64,000 bases of DNA from Candidatus Microgenomatus sp. (GTDB lineage: Bacteria > Patescibacteriota > Microgenomatia > UBA8517). The stretch is from assembly GCA_020724585.1 (NCBI GenBank), contig DYGS01000001.1, positions 287,832-351,831 of the forward strand, given 5' to 3'. The notes under the pieces were generated by a model. That model saw only the letters and a list, made by a program, of their open reading frames with translations. It did not search any database and was not told where the DNA came from. The translations under genes and the position numbers were made by a program. Below are positions 47,423-56,330 of this stretch, in pieces. Positions within the stretch are counted from its first letter, which is position 1; each line of letters starts with the position of its first letter.

Positions 47423-48809
47423 ATTAATTACTCTCGTGAAAACATATATGAAAAACGGATATATAATTTTATCATTTATACTGGTAATTGGATTTATTGT
47501 TCGACTATATAAAGTCAATAATCCCATAGCAGATTGGCACTCTTGGCGACAGGCAGATACTGCGGCAGTTTCCAGAAACTATGTCAAAGATGGTATAAAC
47601 TTATTTTATCCGAGATACGATGATATAAGCAGTATCCAAAGCGGCAAAGATAATCCAACGGGCATAAGGATGGTTGAATTTCCTCTCTATAATGCTCTTC
47701 ATGCAATTTTATATAAATCATTTGGAGTCTTTACTCTTGAAATCTGGGGGAGAATATTAACTGCTCTAATTACAGTAGTTTCTGGTCTATTTATATTTTT
47801 ACTTGGTAAAAAACATTATTCAGAAAAGATAGGTTTAATTGCTTCTTTTTTCTTCATGTTTTTGCCTTTTAATATTTACTTTTCTAGAGTGATCCTGCCT
47901 GACCCATTTGGAGTTATGTTTGGTTTAATCGGACTTTATTTTTATGGAATTAATAATCTTTTCTCAATAATCTCTTTTGCTTTGATGCTACTTCAAAAAC
48001 CATATTTAGCCTTTTTCCTCTTTCCCTTAATTCCAGGCTTTTTGAAAAAGGAAAAGGTTAAATTTAATTTAGCATTTTTATTTTTAGCGTTCTTGCCTTT
48101 TGTAGTATGGCGTTTTTATACCCAGCAGTATCCTGAAGGAATCCCTTTTTACGAATGGGCCTTTAATGGTGATAGGATTAGATTTCATCCGGCTTGGTTT
48201 AGGTGGCTTTTTGGAGAAAGGTTAGGGATATTAATACTTGGTACATGGGGATTAATACCTTTTGCAATAGGTTTAATTAGGAAATATAAAAACAATTTTA
48301 ATTTTTTCTTTAATTTAGGAGCTCTATTCTATTTAACCGTGGTTGCAACTGCCAATGTCCGTCATGATTACTACCAAATTCTTATTATCCCCGCGGTAAC
48401 ACTTAGTTTGGCACTTGGTGTAAGTTATCTTTGGAGAAAATCACCTCTAATTTTATTTATTTCTATGGTTACTATGTTTTTAATTTCCTGGGATAGAATC
48501 AAGCCTTTTTATCAGATTAATCATCCAGAAATTATTGAAGTTGGAAAATTTGTTGATGCAAATCTTCCTAAGGATGCTAAAGTAGTGGTTCCGTATAATG
48601 GTGACACTGCCTTTTTATATCAAACAAATAGAAAAGGCTGGCCCGCAGTTGATGATTCTATTGAAGGTCTTATCAAAAGAGGCGCAACGCACTATGTGTC
48701 ACTAGATCTTTTAAGTCCTGATACAATTAACTTTTCCAAAAGATTTAAAACTATTACCAAAACAAATGAGTATATAATTCTTGATTTACATAAAAATTTG
48801 AAAGAGTAA
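47415..48809 (+). CDS. GT-C-like membrane glycosyltransferase (ArnT-like)
   Basis: 'DWHSWRQADTAAVSRNYVKDG' N-terminal loop plus about 11 TM helices. ATG at 47415 (the track's 47391 is TTG). Confidence 0.5.
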   Translation: MNKLITLVKTYMKNGYIILSFILVIGFIVRLYKVNNPIADWHSWRQADTAAVSRNYVKDGINLFYPRYDDISSIQSGKDNPTGIRMVEFPLYNALHAILYKSFGVFTLEIWGRILTALITVVSGLFIFLLGKKHYSEKIGLIASFFFMFLPFNIYFSRVILPDPFGVMFGLIGLYFYGINNLFSIISFALMLLQKPYLAFFLFPLIPGFLKKEKVKFNLAFLFLAFLPFVVWRFYTQQYPEGIPFYEWAFNGDRIRFHPAWFRWLFGERLGILILGTWGLIPFAIGLIRKYKNNFNFFFNLGALFYLTVVATANVRHDYYQILIIPAVTLSLALGVSYLWRKSPLILFISMVTMFLISWDRIKPFYQINHPEIIEVGKFVDANLPKDAKVVVPYNGDTAFLYQTNRKGWPAVDDSIEGLIKRGATHYVSLDLLSPDTINFSKRFKTITKTNEYIILDLHKNLKE

Positions 48810-48814
48810 AACTT

Positions 48815-48861
48815 ACACAACTTCCTATCTTCTATCTATTATCCAAAATAGGAAGTTGTGT
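48815..48861. terminator. Bidirectional terminator: perfect 14-bp stem (ACACAACTTCCTAT/ATAGGAAGTTGTGT) with a 19-nt loop, between convergent genes, T-tracts on both sides
   Basis: Inverted repeat 48815..48828 / 48848..48861 read from the sequence; followed by TTTATT on the plus strand and preceded by AAAACTTA (T-tract on the minus strand). Confidence 0.7.
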
Positions 48862-48879
48862 TTATTGCCCCGCGTGGTA

Positions 48880-49251
48880 TTATCCGGCGCCGAGTAGGAA
48901 GAACAAAATGGCGCTCAGGATAAGCTTGCTCTGATTGACCACTCCTTCTGCGGTGACCGAGTTCGCCATTCCTTGAGCGAGTTTCAGCGAAATCCATTCC
49001 CAAAGCGGGAGGAGTCCCAGAAAGACACCGAGGAATAGCGCGTAGCATCCACAGCCAGAGCGTCGTGCGTCCTTGCTCACTATTGTGACGATGATGCCGA
49101 TGACCATGAACACGACCCAGATCCACCACGACGCCTTGAAAAACCATGTCTCAACGGCGACGAGTTGATCGAGGTAGTTATCCCACCAGATGACTCCGGT
49201 GAGGTTGTCTTGCGCCATGAACAGCGCAATCAAAGCGGACAGGTAACTCAT
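48880..49251 (-). CDS. Small integral membrane protein encoded by a GC-rich (foreign-looking) segment
   Basis: ATG at 49251 with GGAGG 4 nt upstream; 3–4 hydrophobic segments. The roughly 400-bp segment 48867..49270 is markedly more GC-rich, with GCG/CGC/GGC codons, than everything around it. Confidence 0.55.
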   Translation of the reverse strand: MSYLSALIALFMAQDNLTGVIWWDNYLDQLVAVETWFFKASWWIWVVFMVIGIIVTIVSKDARRSGCGCYALFLGVFLGLLPLWEWISLKLAQGMANSVTAEGVVNQSKLILSAILFFLLGAG

Positions 49252-49357
49252 TTTGCCTCCAATGTGCAAGTTAAATTTAGTCTTTATAAGACTATGGGGT
49301 GTAGTGTACAGAGAGAGAGAGTAAAAGTCAAGTTCGGTATGATAAAATCAATTTAAT

Positions 49358-50557
49358 ATGAAAATTTTGATGCTTTTACCATTTTTACCGATTGATCAGA
49401 TGTCTGGTGGGCAGACAAGATGGTATCATTTGATCAAATTTTTATCTAAAAAGCATAAGATTACAGTGATGTCCTTAATTAGAGGAGACAAAGAAAAAGA
49501 ACTATCATATCTCCCTGAAATCAAAAAATATTGTGAGAAAGTTTTAGTTTTTGATAGACCAAAAAGTCCTTGGACTATCCGAAATTTATTTTTGACACTG
49601 ATCAGTTTTAATCCGCTTGTAGTTATTAGAAATTTTTCTTTGGAAGAAAGACAAGCCATTAAAAAAGAGCTTGAGGAAAATAAATATGACATAATTCACG
49701 CTGAAACTTTTTATGTTATGCCTCATATACCTAATACTAAAGTACCAATAGTTTTGGTTGATCCTACTATTGAGTTTTCAGTTTATAAACATTATGTGGA
49801 CCATGAGGTTTTTTGGCTTTTAAAGCCAATTTATATGTTTGATGTTATTAAACTAAAGTTTTGGGAAAAATATTATTGGAGAAAAGCTAATAGAGTTTTT
49901 GCTGTATCGGAAGAAGACCGTAAAATTATGGAGAAAGAATTAAAAGATGTTGAGGTTGGTATTATTCCAAATGGGGTAGATGTTTCTTACTTTGAAGCCA
50001 AGAAAATAAATAAAAAATTTCCTCCCAGAATTTTATACCACGGCGATTACAAATGGATGCAAAATGTCGAGGCAGTAAATATATTAATTAAAAAAATATG
50101 GCCAAAAATTAAAGCTAAGTTGAAAAATGTAAAACTTTGGATATCGGGCAGGTCAATTCCTAGGTCAATATTGGAATATGCAAAACATGATAAAAATATT
50201 GAGATAAGTGAATCACCAAAGGATAATCGAGATGTTTTTAAGGCTTCTAGCGTGTTGGTAACACCTATAATGAGTCCGGGGGGAACTAGGCTTAAGGTGT
50301 TTGAATCTATGGCCTCCGGTCTCCCTGTTGTATCAACTCCAATTGGTGTTGCAGGATTAAAAATTAAGGACGGAGTCCATGCAATGGTTTCATCTGACCC
50401 AACAAAATTGGCAGAAAAAACTGTCAAGGTTTTGACGGATCAAAAATTGGCCAAAAATCTTGCAGTCGAAGGTAAGAAATATGTATTAAAAAATTTTAGC
50501 TGGCAGTCAATTGTCGATGGGTTAGATAAAATATATCAGTCATTAGTTTTTAAGTAA
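49358..50557 (+). CDS. Glycosyltransferase family 4
   Basis: 'FESMASGLPVVSTPIGVAGLKIKDGVHAMV'. Confidence 0.7.
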   Translation: MKILMLLPFLPIDQMSGGQTRWYHLIKFLSKKHKITVMSLIRGDKEKELSYLPEIKKYCEKVLVFDRPKSPWTIRNLFLTLISFNPLVVIRNFSLEERQAIKKELEENKYDIIHAETFYVMPHIPNTKVPIVLVDPTIEFSVYKHYVDHEVFWLLKPIYMFDVIKLKFWEKYYWRKANRVFAVSEEDRKIMEKELKDVEVGIIPNGVDVSYFEAKKINKKFPPRILYHGDYKWMQNVEAVNILIKKIWPKIKAKLKNVKLWISGRSIPRSILEYAKHDKNIEISESPKDNRDVFKASSVLVTPIMSPGGTRLKVFESMASGLPVVSTPIGVAGLKIKDGVHAMVSSDPTKLAEKTVKVLTDQKLAKNLAVEGKKYVLKNFSWQSIVDGLDKIYQSLVFK

Positions 50558-50559
50558 AA

Positions 50560-51396
50560 ATGGAAATAAAATTATCGATAATAATTTTAAATCACAATAC
50601 AAAAAATATTCTTTTTGATTGCTTAAAGTCGCTTGAAAAAGTAAGGGATGAAGTCAATTTCGAGGTGATTGTTTCAGATAATAATTCGAATGACGGTAGT
50701 TGTGAAATGGTTAGAAAAAATTTCTCTTGGGTAAAATTAATAACAGGTCCTAATATAAGCTTTTCGAATGGCAATAACCGTGCAAAATCGCATGTTAAAG
50801 GTAATTATGTTTTGTTTTTAAATTCGGATACCATAGTTTATAAAAATACACTTAATAGGTGCCTGCGGGTCATGGAAAAAGATAAGAAAATTGGTGCCCT
50901 GACTTGTAAATTAGTTCTTAAAGATGGAACATTGGATAAGGATACAAGACGAAGATTCCCGACTCCATTTGCAGCATTTTTCAAATTATTTCTTGGACTC
51001 AATACAAATTATTGGTATGAAGATCAAGATGAGGACACTACCCATGAGGTTGATGCAATTCAAGGTGCGTTTATTTTAACCAGAAAAAAAATATTAGATA
51101 AAGTTGAGTGGTTCGATGAAAAATTTATTTTTGATGGCGAAGATTTAGATTTATGTTTTCAAATAAAAAAACTAGGATATAAAATAATTTATTATCCGGA
51201 AGTAAAGATACTTCATTTGAAAAAAGCAACTAAAATGAAAATAGGAAATAATGTCAGGATTATGCAAGGTGTTGATTCAATGGAATATTTTTATAAAAAG
51301 AATTTATGGAAGAGATATCCTTTGGTTTTAAATTTTCTTGTTTTACTTGGAATTAAGTTTTTGAAGTTAATAAGATACATAAAATCGAAGATATGA
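50560..51396 (+). CDS. Glycosyltransferase family 2
   Basis: 'LSIIILNHNTKNIL...VIVSDNNSNDGS...LNSD'. Confidence 0.7.
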   Translation: MEIKLSIIILNHNTKNILFDCLKSLEKVRDEVNFEVIVSDNNSNDGSCEMVRKNFSWVKLITGPNISFSNGNNRAKSHVKGNYVLFLNSDTIVYKNTLNRCLRVMEKDKKIGALTCKLVLKDGTLDKDTRRRFPTPFAAFFKLFLGLNTNYWYEDQDEDTTHEVDAIQGAFILTRKKILDKVEWFDEKFIFDGEDLDLCFQIKKLGYKIIYYPEVKILHLKKATKMKIGNNVRIMQGVDSMEYFYKKNLWKRYPLVLNFLVLLGIKFLKLIRYIKSKI

Positions 51397-52499
51397 AGAT
51401 AGTTATAGACGCTAGACTGTATGGGACAAAGCACACTGGTAATGGTAGATATACTCAAAATTTAGTCGAAAATTTAACTAAAATAGACTCAACCAACACC
51501 TACTATATTTTGCTCCGTAAAGATGATTACGAATCATTAAATTTTCCTAAAAATTTTGTAAAAATACTAGCGGATTTTAAACATTATACTTTTAAGGAAC
51601 AATTTTTATTGCCAATAATTATATATAAAATAAAACCTGATATTGTTCACTTTCCTCATTTTAATGTCCCCATTTTTTATTTTGGAAAATTTATTGTGAC
51701 AATACACGACATGATTATGCATAAAAGTAAGGGGGGCGAAGCAACTACAAGGCCATTTCCAATTTATCAAATTTGGAGATTGGGGTACTATTTGGCATTT
51801 GCAAAAGCTGTATATTTTTCAAATTTAATTATTTGCCCAACAAATGTCGTAAAAGACGATTTATCTAGTTTTTATAAAATCAACAAAGATAAAATAAAAG
51901 TTACATATGAGGGAATCGACACTTCAACTAATCAAACCGATTTTAAAGCTGATAATTTGGGTAAATATATTTCATATGTTGGAAATGCTTACCCACATAA
52001 GAATTTAAGAAGACTAATAAAGGCTTTATCTATATACAACAAAAAAAATAAATTAAAAATTAATCTTGCTATATCAGCGGCTCGAAATGTATTCATTGAA
52101 CGAATTGAAAAATTAGCTAAAAAATACAAAGTACAAAAAAACCTAAAAATATTAGGCTATGTCCCTGATAATCAATTAATGTCTTTTTATAATAAATCTA
52201 TTGCTTTTATTTACCCAACATTAATTGAAGGATTTGGTTTACCTGGTTTGGAGGCAATGAGAGCTAAAACACTTGTTTACTCATCGAATATAGATGTACT
52301 AAAAGAAGTCTATAAAGACAATGTAAAGTATTTTAATCCAAAAAGTGTAAAAGAAATTGTCAATTCTATAAATGACGCAGTTCATTTGAATGAAGCTGAT
52401 AGGCAAAAAATAATCAGTAAGGCATATGAATTTACTAAAAACTATTCCTGGCAAAAAATGGCGAAAGAAACGCTAAATATTTACCAGATGGTTGTATAA
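51393..52499 (+). CDS. Glycosyltransferase family 4
   Basis: 'EGFGLPGLEAMRAKTLVYSSNIDVLKEVYKDNVKYFNP'. Confidence 0.7.
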   Translation: MKIVIDARLYGTKHTGNGRYTQNLVENLTKIDSTNTYYILLRKDDYESLNFPKNFVKILADFKHYTFKEQFLLPIIIYKIKPDIVHFPHFNVPIFYFGKFIVTIHDMIMHKSKGGEATTRPFPIYQIWRLGYYLAFAKAVYFSNLIICPTNVVKDDLSSFYKINKDKIKVTYEGIDTSTNQTDFKADNLGKYISYVGNAYPHKNLRRLIKALSIYNKKNKLKINLAISAARNVFIERIEKLAKKYKVQKNLKILGYVPDNQLMSFYNKSIAFIYPTLIEGFGLPGLEAMRAKTLVYSSNIDVLKEVYKDNVKYFNPKSVKEIVNSINDAVHLNEADRQKIISKAYEFTKNYSWQKMAKETLNIYQMVV

Positions 52500-52506
52500 T
52501 ACGCAT

Positions 52507-52845
52507 ATGGGATTTGAAGATAATCTAGAAAAAGGAAGTAGTTCAAAACAAGCAAGGTTGTATAAAATGACATTGCAAAAGGCAGTTGACATGGGAGAAT
52601 ACGATCCAAAATTTTTATCTACTTTTGCAGAATGGCACACTTTAAGTAGACATGTGCAGTTTCAATTTATAAGAACGGCCATTGAAAATAGAAGAAAACA
52701 CCTAGTTGTGCAGTATGCAGAGGTTAATAACATGTTGGACTTCTCTAAAAAACCTCATTTAGCAGATGCTCTTCGAAATATCGAAAGACAACTGAAGATT
52801 ATTGAAAACGATAGAGAAAAACTATTTGTAGAATATTCAAAATAG
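52507..52845 (+). CDS. Hypothetical protein (start uncertain: track TTG at 52492, ATG at 52507 preceded by TATAAT, possibly leaderless)
   Basis: ORF only. Confidence 0.3.
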   Translation: MGFEDNLEKGSSSKQARLYKMTLQKAVDMGEYDPKFLSTFAEWHTLSRHVQFQFIRTAIENRRKHLVVQYAEVNNMLDFSKKPHLADALRNIERQLKIIENDREKLFVEYSK

Positions 52846-52846
52846 T

Positions 52847-52868
52847 TCCGTGTACTAGTCTACGGATA
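52847..52868. promoter_or_regulatory. 22-bp imperfect palindrome TCCGTGTACTAGTCTACGGATA (copy 1), containing the TrpR-operator-like GTACTAGT core; immediately 3' of the TrpR-like gene
   Basis: Perfect direct repeat of 53300..53321; read from the sequence. Confidence 0.6.
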
Positions 52869-52872
52869 CAGG

Positions 52873-53283
52873 CTATCTTTTTACATCTTTTCGTCTGAAT
52901 CCGGTAAATTTAACATATTTTTTCCAGTTTAGAGAATTAACCTTCTCGATATATGCTTTACTATAATATTCGTTCTCAACCTTCTCCTCTCTTTGATTTA
53001 TCATATCAAAACACTTTGGGAACCTGCTTTTGAGTTTTTGCACCTGAAGTATTGTTTGTTTGCCGACTTTCAATATTTTTCTAATTTCATCATATGTTAA
53101 ATCTTCATCTAGTAGTTTAGCAATTATAATTCTTCTGCCAATTTTTATTCTTTCGTCGCTTGTTAATATGCCTTTTATAATTTGATCTACATCTGAGCCA
53201 TCTTTAGCGGCCAAAAAAACTGACCTTAGTTTATTAAATACTTCAAATATTGCCTCTTTTTCTAAAAAACTGTATCTTCTCAT
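52873..53283 (-). CDS. TrpR/YerC-family helix-turn-helix regulator
   Basis: 'LTSDERIKIGRRIIIAKLLDEDLTYDEIRKILKVGKQTILQV' resembles the YerC/YecD TrpR-like HTH region. Confidence 0.5.
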   Translation of the reverse strand: MRRYSFLEKEAIFEVFNKLRSVFLAAKDGSDVDQIIKGILTSDERIKIGRRIIIAKLLDEDLTYDEIRKILKVGKQTILQVQKLKSRFPKCFDMINQREEKVENEYYSKAYIEKVNSLNWKKYVKFTGFRRKDVKR

Positions 53284-53299
53284 TAAATAATTTCTTGTA

Positions 53300-53321
53300 T
53301 CCGTGTACTAGTCTACGGATA
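53300..53321. promoter_or_regulatory. 22-bp palindrome TCCGTGTACTAGTCTACGGATA (copy 2), 17–38 bp upstream of the TrpR-like gene start; candidate autoregulatory operator
   Basis: Identical to 52847..52868. Confidence 0.6.
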
Positions 53322-53422
53322 TATAGTAGCATATGTTGGTGGATGGGTTAAAATTAGCTAGAATATATTATTAGAGGAAGAATATGTAAGATGATATTAA
53401 ATAATAAAGGTTTTGGTTATAC

Positions 53423-54601
53423 ATGATGACAAGTAATTATAAAAAGACAATAATTGTTTTCAACAAAGTAGCTATAGTATATGACAGGGTGAATAAGTTT
53501 GGGGGGGCAGAGAGGGTTTTATTAACTCTTCATGAGATGTTTCCTGATGCTCCTCTTTATACTTCTGTTTATGATAAAAAAAATGCATCTTGGGCCTCAT
53601 GTTTTCCTAAAATTTATACCTCATTTTTACAGAAATTTAAATTTGTACGAAATCATCACGAATTGTTTGGTTGGCTAATGCCAATTGCGTTTGAGCAGTT
53701 TGATTTTAGTCAATATGACTTGGTTATTTCAGTAACTAGCGAGGCGGCAAAAGGTATTATTACTTTACCTAAAACAAAACACATATGTTATATGCTTACT
53801 CCAACAAGATATTTATGGAGCGGATATGATTTTTATTTAAATAATCCACCAAATATATTTAAATATATTCCTTTTTTTAAGTTATTATCAAAGCCTATTT
53901 TGGGATATTTAAGGTGGTGGGATAAAGTTGTTGCCAAGAGACCTGACAAAATTATCGCAATTTCAACAGAAGTTCAAAAAAGAATTAAAAAATATTATAA
54001 CCTTGAAAGTGAAATAATATTTCCTCCCGTCGATTTGCGGCATTTTAAAAAATCGCTCGTTGGAGGGCTCCGCTCAGAGAGTCGAGCAGCCGCTCGCAAT
54101 TTTTTGGAAAATGCCTATTCAAATAATTATTATTTTATTCATGGCCGGTTTGAACCATATAAAAAACTAGATTTGATACTTTCAATTTTTAAGAAGAATA
54201 AATTGCCTTTAGTTGTTTCAGGTAGTGGATCAGAATTTGAGAGGCTCAAAACAAATAGGTACAAAAACATTAAATTTATATCAAAGCCAAATGATCAAGA
54301 ATTAATAAATTTATATCAAAATGCAAAAGCATTTTTAATGCCGCAAGAAGAAGATTTTGGTATAACATCAGTCGAAGCTCAAGGCTTTGGCGTTCCCGTC
54401 ATTGCATATAATAAAGGTGGAAGTTTAGATACAATAATTGACGGGAAGACTGGAATATTGTTTAATGACCAGACTGTCGAGAGTTTATCAAAAGCAATTG
54501 AAAAATTTGACAGGACCAGCTTTGATAAGCAATACTTAATGACTAACGCAAAACGCTTTAGTAAAGAAAGGTTTATAAAAGAATTTATTAATATTTTATG
54601 A
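53423..54601 (+). CDS. Glycosyltransferase family 4
   Basis: 'EEDFGITSVEAQGFGVPVIAYNKGGSLDTIIDGKTGILF'. TAGAAT -10-like box about 60 nt upstream. Confidence 0.7.
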   Translation: MMTSNYKKTIIVFNKVAIVYDRVNKFGGAERVLLTLHEMFPDAPLYTSVYDKKNASWASCFPKIYTSFLQKFKFVRNHHELFGWLMPIAFEQFDFSQYDLVISVTSEAAKGIITLPKTKHICYMLTPTRYLWSGYDFYLNNPPNIFKYIPFFKLLSKPILGYLRWWDKVVAKRPDKIIAISTEVQKRIKKYYNLESEIIFPPVDLRHFKKSLVGGLRSESRAAARNFLENAYSNNYYFIHGRFEPYKKLDLILSIFKKNKLPLVVSGSGSEFERLKTNRYKNIKFISKPNDQELINLYQNAKAFLMPQEEDFGITSVEAQGFGVPVIAYNKGGSLDTIIDGKTGILFNDQTVESLSKAIEKFDRTSFDKQYLMTNAKRFSKERFIKEFINIL

Positions 54602-55653
54602 TTCCTGTAATAATTTGTGGTGGATTTGGTACTAAATTGTGGCCGGTAAGCCGTGAGCACAGACCTAAACATTTTATAAAACTTCTTGGCGATAAATCTT
54701 TGTTTCAATTGAATTATGAAGCTCTTTTAACCAGATTTAAAGCGCGCGAAATTTATGTTTCGACAAATCAAAATCAAGTTGATTTTGTCGAAAAACAAGC
54801 TCCTGATATACCTAAAGAGAATTATATAGTTGAGCCGGAAATGAGAAATCAAGGACCAGCTACGGGCCTAATTGCGGCCTTTTTGTACAAAAAGGGGCTA
54901 GCCGATGAGCCGTTTATGATTATTCAAGTTGATGATCTTCGCGAACCGACCGAAAAGTTTATTGCAATGATGGACGAGTGTGATAAATTAACAAGAGTTG
55001 ATTCCAGATATATCACAGGAGGAATTAAACCTAAGTTCCCGGTTATGGGTGTTGACTATCTTATTAAGGGCGAACAGGTTAATAGTAGCAGTATAGGCGT
55101 TTATAAGGTCAAGGAGTTTGTCTGGAGGGGGAGCAAAGAGCAGACTGAGGAGTTATTAAAAAATCCCGACATTTTAATTCATGCTAATCACACATGTATG
55201 ACCCCCAATAATATGCTCTTGCTTTTTAAAAAGTATAAACCTGATTGGTATGAGCCTCTTGCAAATTATATAAATGGCAAAGATCTAAATATAGAATATC
55301 TTAAAATGCCCCCTGGACCGCTTGAGGATATTACCCAGAAAGTTTATGAATCAGGCGAATCTTTAGTTATTGAATTGCCTTTTGAATGGCATGATTTTGG
55401 CACATTTGAAGCGATTGATGAATATCTTAGAAGCAGGAATTTATATAATGTTGGTGAAAACATAGTTGATGTTGACGGCGAATCAAATTTCATAAGACTT
55501 GATGATCCAAATAAAATTGTTGCTCTTGTAGGGGTTGATAATTTGGTTGTTATTGATACAGGGGATGTTTTATTAATTACCAACAAAAAAGCAAGCGGCA
55601 AAGTTGGCGAAGTATTAAAAGAGGTCAAAAAAAGAAAGTTATCTCTTACTTAA
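54598..55653 (+). CDS. manC: Mannose-1-phosphate guanylyltransferase (nucleotidyltransferase, ManC/CpsB-like)
   Basis: 'IPVIICGGFGTKLWPVSREHRPKHF' matches the NTP-transferase GGxGxRLWP motif. Confidence 0.7.
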   Translation: MIPVIICGGFGTKLWPVSREHRPKHFIKLLGDKSLFQLNYEALLTRFKAREIYVSTNQNQVDFVEKQAPDIPKENYIVEPEMRNQGPATGLIAAFLYKKGLADEPFMIIQVDDLREPTEKFIAMMDECDKLTRVDSRYITGGIKPKFPVMGVDYLIKGEQVNSSSIGVYKVKEFVWRGSKEQTEELLKNPDILIHANHTCMTPNNMLLLFKKYKPDWYEPLANYINGKDLNIEYLKMPPGPLEDITQKVYESGESLVIELPFEWHDFGTFEAIDEYLRSRNLYNVGENIVDVDGESNFIRLDDPNKIVALVGVDNLVVIDTGDVLLITNKKASGKVGEVLKEVKKRKLSLT

Positions 55654-55665
55654 AAAATTCTTAAT

Positions 55666-56316
55666 ATGTATTACGAAGTAATAAAAAGAACAATGGATAT
55701 TGTCGGCTCAATTGTAGCCATTATTATTTTTTCTCCAGTTATGCTTATAACTGCAATCATCATAAAACTCACATCTGACGGGCCAGTTTTAGTTGAGCCT
55801 GAAAATGCGCATTTAAGAAGACTTGGTAAAAACGGCAAGCCTTTTAGACTTTATAAATTTAGATCAATGTTTGTTAACGCCGATGCCACGCTAGAGCGCG
55901 ATCCAAAATACAAAAAACTTTACAAAGAATACAAGGAGAGTAACTATAAACTTTATAGAGATCCGAGAGTCACGCCGATCGGAAAATTTATTAGAAAATA
56001 CTCAATCGACGAGACACCCCAGTTTTTTAATGTTTTAAAGGGGGAAATGAGTTTGGTCGGACCCAGACCGTATCATGAAGACGAACTAATCGAGCAGCAG
56101 CAAAAATATCCGGGGACGGAAAAGTTCGTCAAAGAAATGCATAAAGTGAAGCCTGGTATTACCGGGTATTGGCAGGTTTCGGGAAGAAGCAGTATAAATT
56201 TTGATAAAAGAATTGAAATGGATGCCTACTATGCAAGAAAAAAATCTATTTTATTTGACATTTTGATTCTTCTCAAAACACCTTGGGCTATGATAAGCGG
56301 CAAAAATGCCGTATAA
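55666..56316 (+). CDS. Polyprenyl-phosphate sugar phosphotransferase (bacterial sugar transferase, WbaP/PglC-like); the glycan-priming enzyme
   Basis: 'KRTMDIVGSIVAIIIFSPVMLI' TM helix and 'YKFRSM...VGPRPY' motifs. Confidence 0.8.
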   Translation: MYYEVIKRTMDIVGSIVAIIIFSPVMLITAIIIKLTSDGPVLVEPENAHLRRLGKNGKPFRLYKFRSMFVNADATLERDPKYKKLYKEYKESNYKLYRDPRVTPIGKFIRKYSIDETPQFFNVLKGEMSLVGPRPYHEDELIEQQQKYPGTEKFVKEMHKVKPGITGYWQVSGRSSINFDKRIEMDAYYARKKSILFDILILLKTPWAMISGKNAV

Positions 56317-56330
56317 TTTTTTAATAAATT

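Noticed and set aside
48867-49270. GC-rich block as a possible rRNA or other structural RNA fragment
   Set aside because: It contains a clean 124-codon ORF with a GGAGG RBS and hydrophobic-helix periodicity, and no rRNA-like conserved stretches that I recognise. It is treated as a foreign protein-coding gene.
53284-53422. Longest intergenic gaps (53284..53422, 60867..60996, 12086..12160) examined for tRNA or small RNA genes
   Set aside because: No cloverleaf-compatible sequence (no GTTC/TΨC-arm-like or conserved D-arm features) was seen. The content is better explained as promoters and operators.
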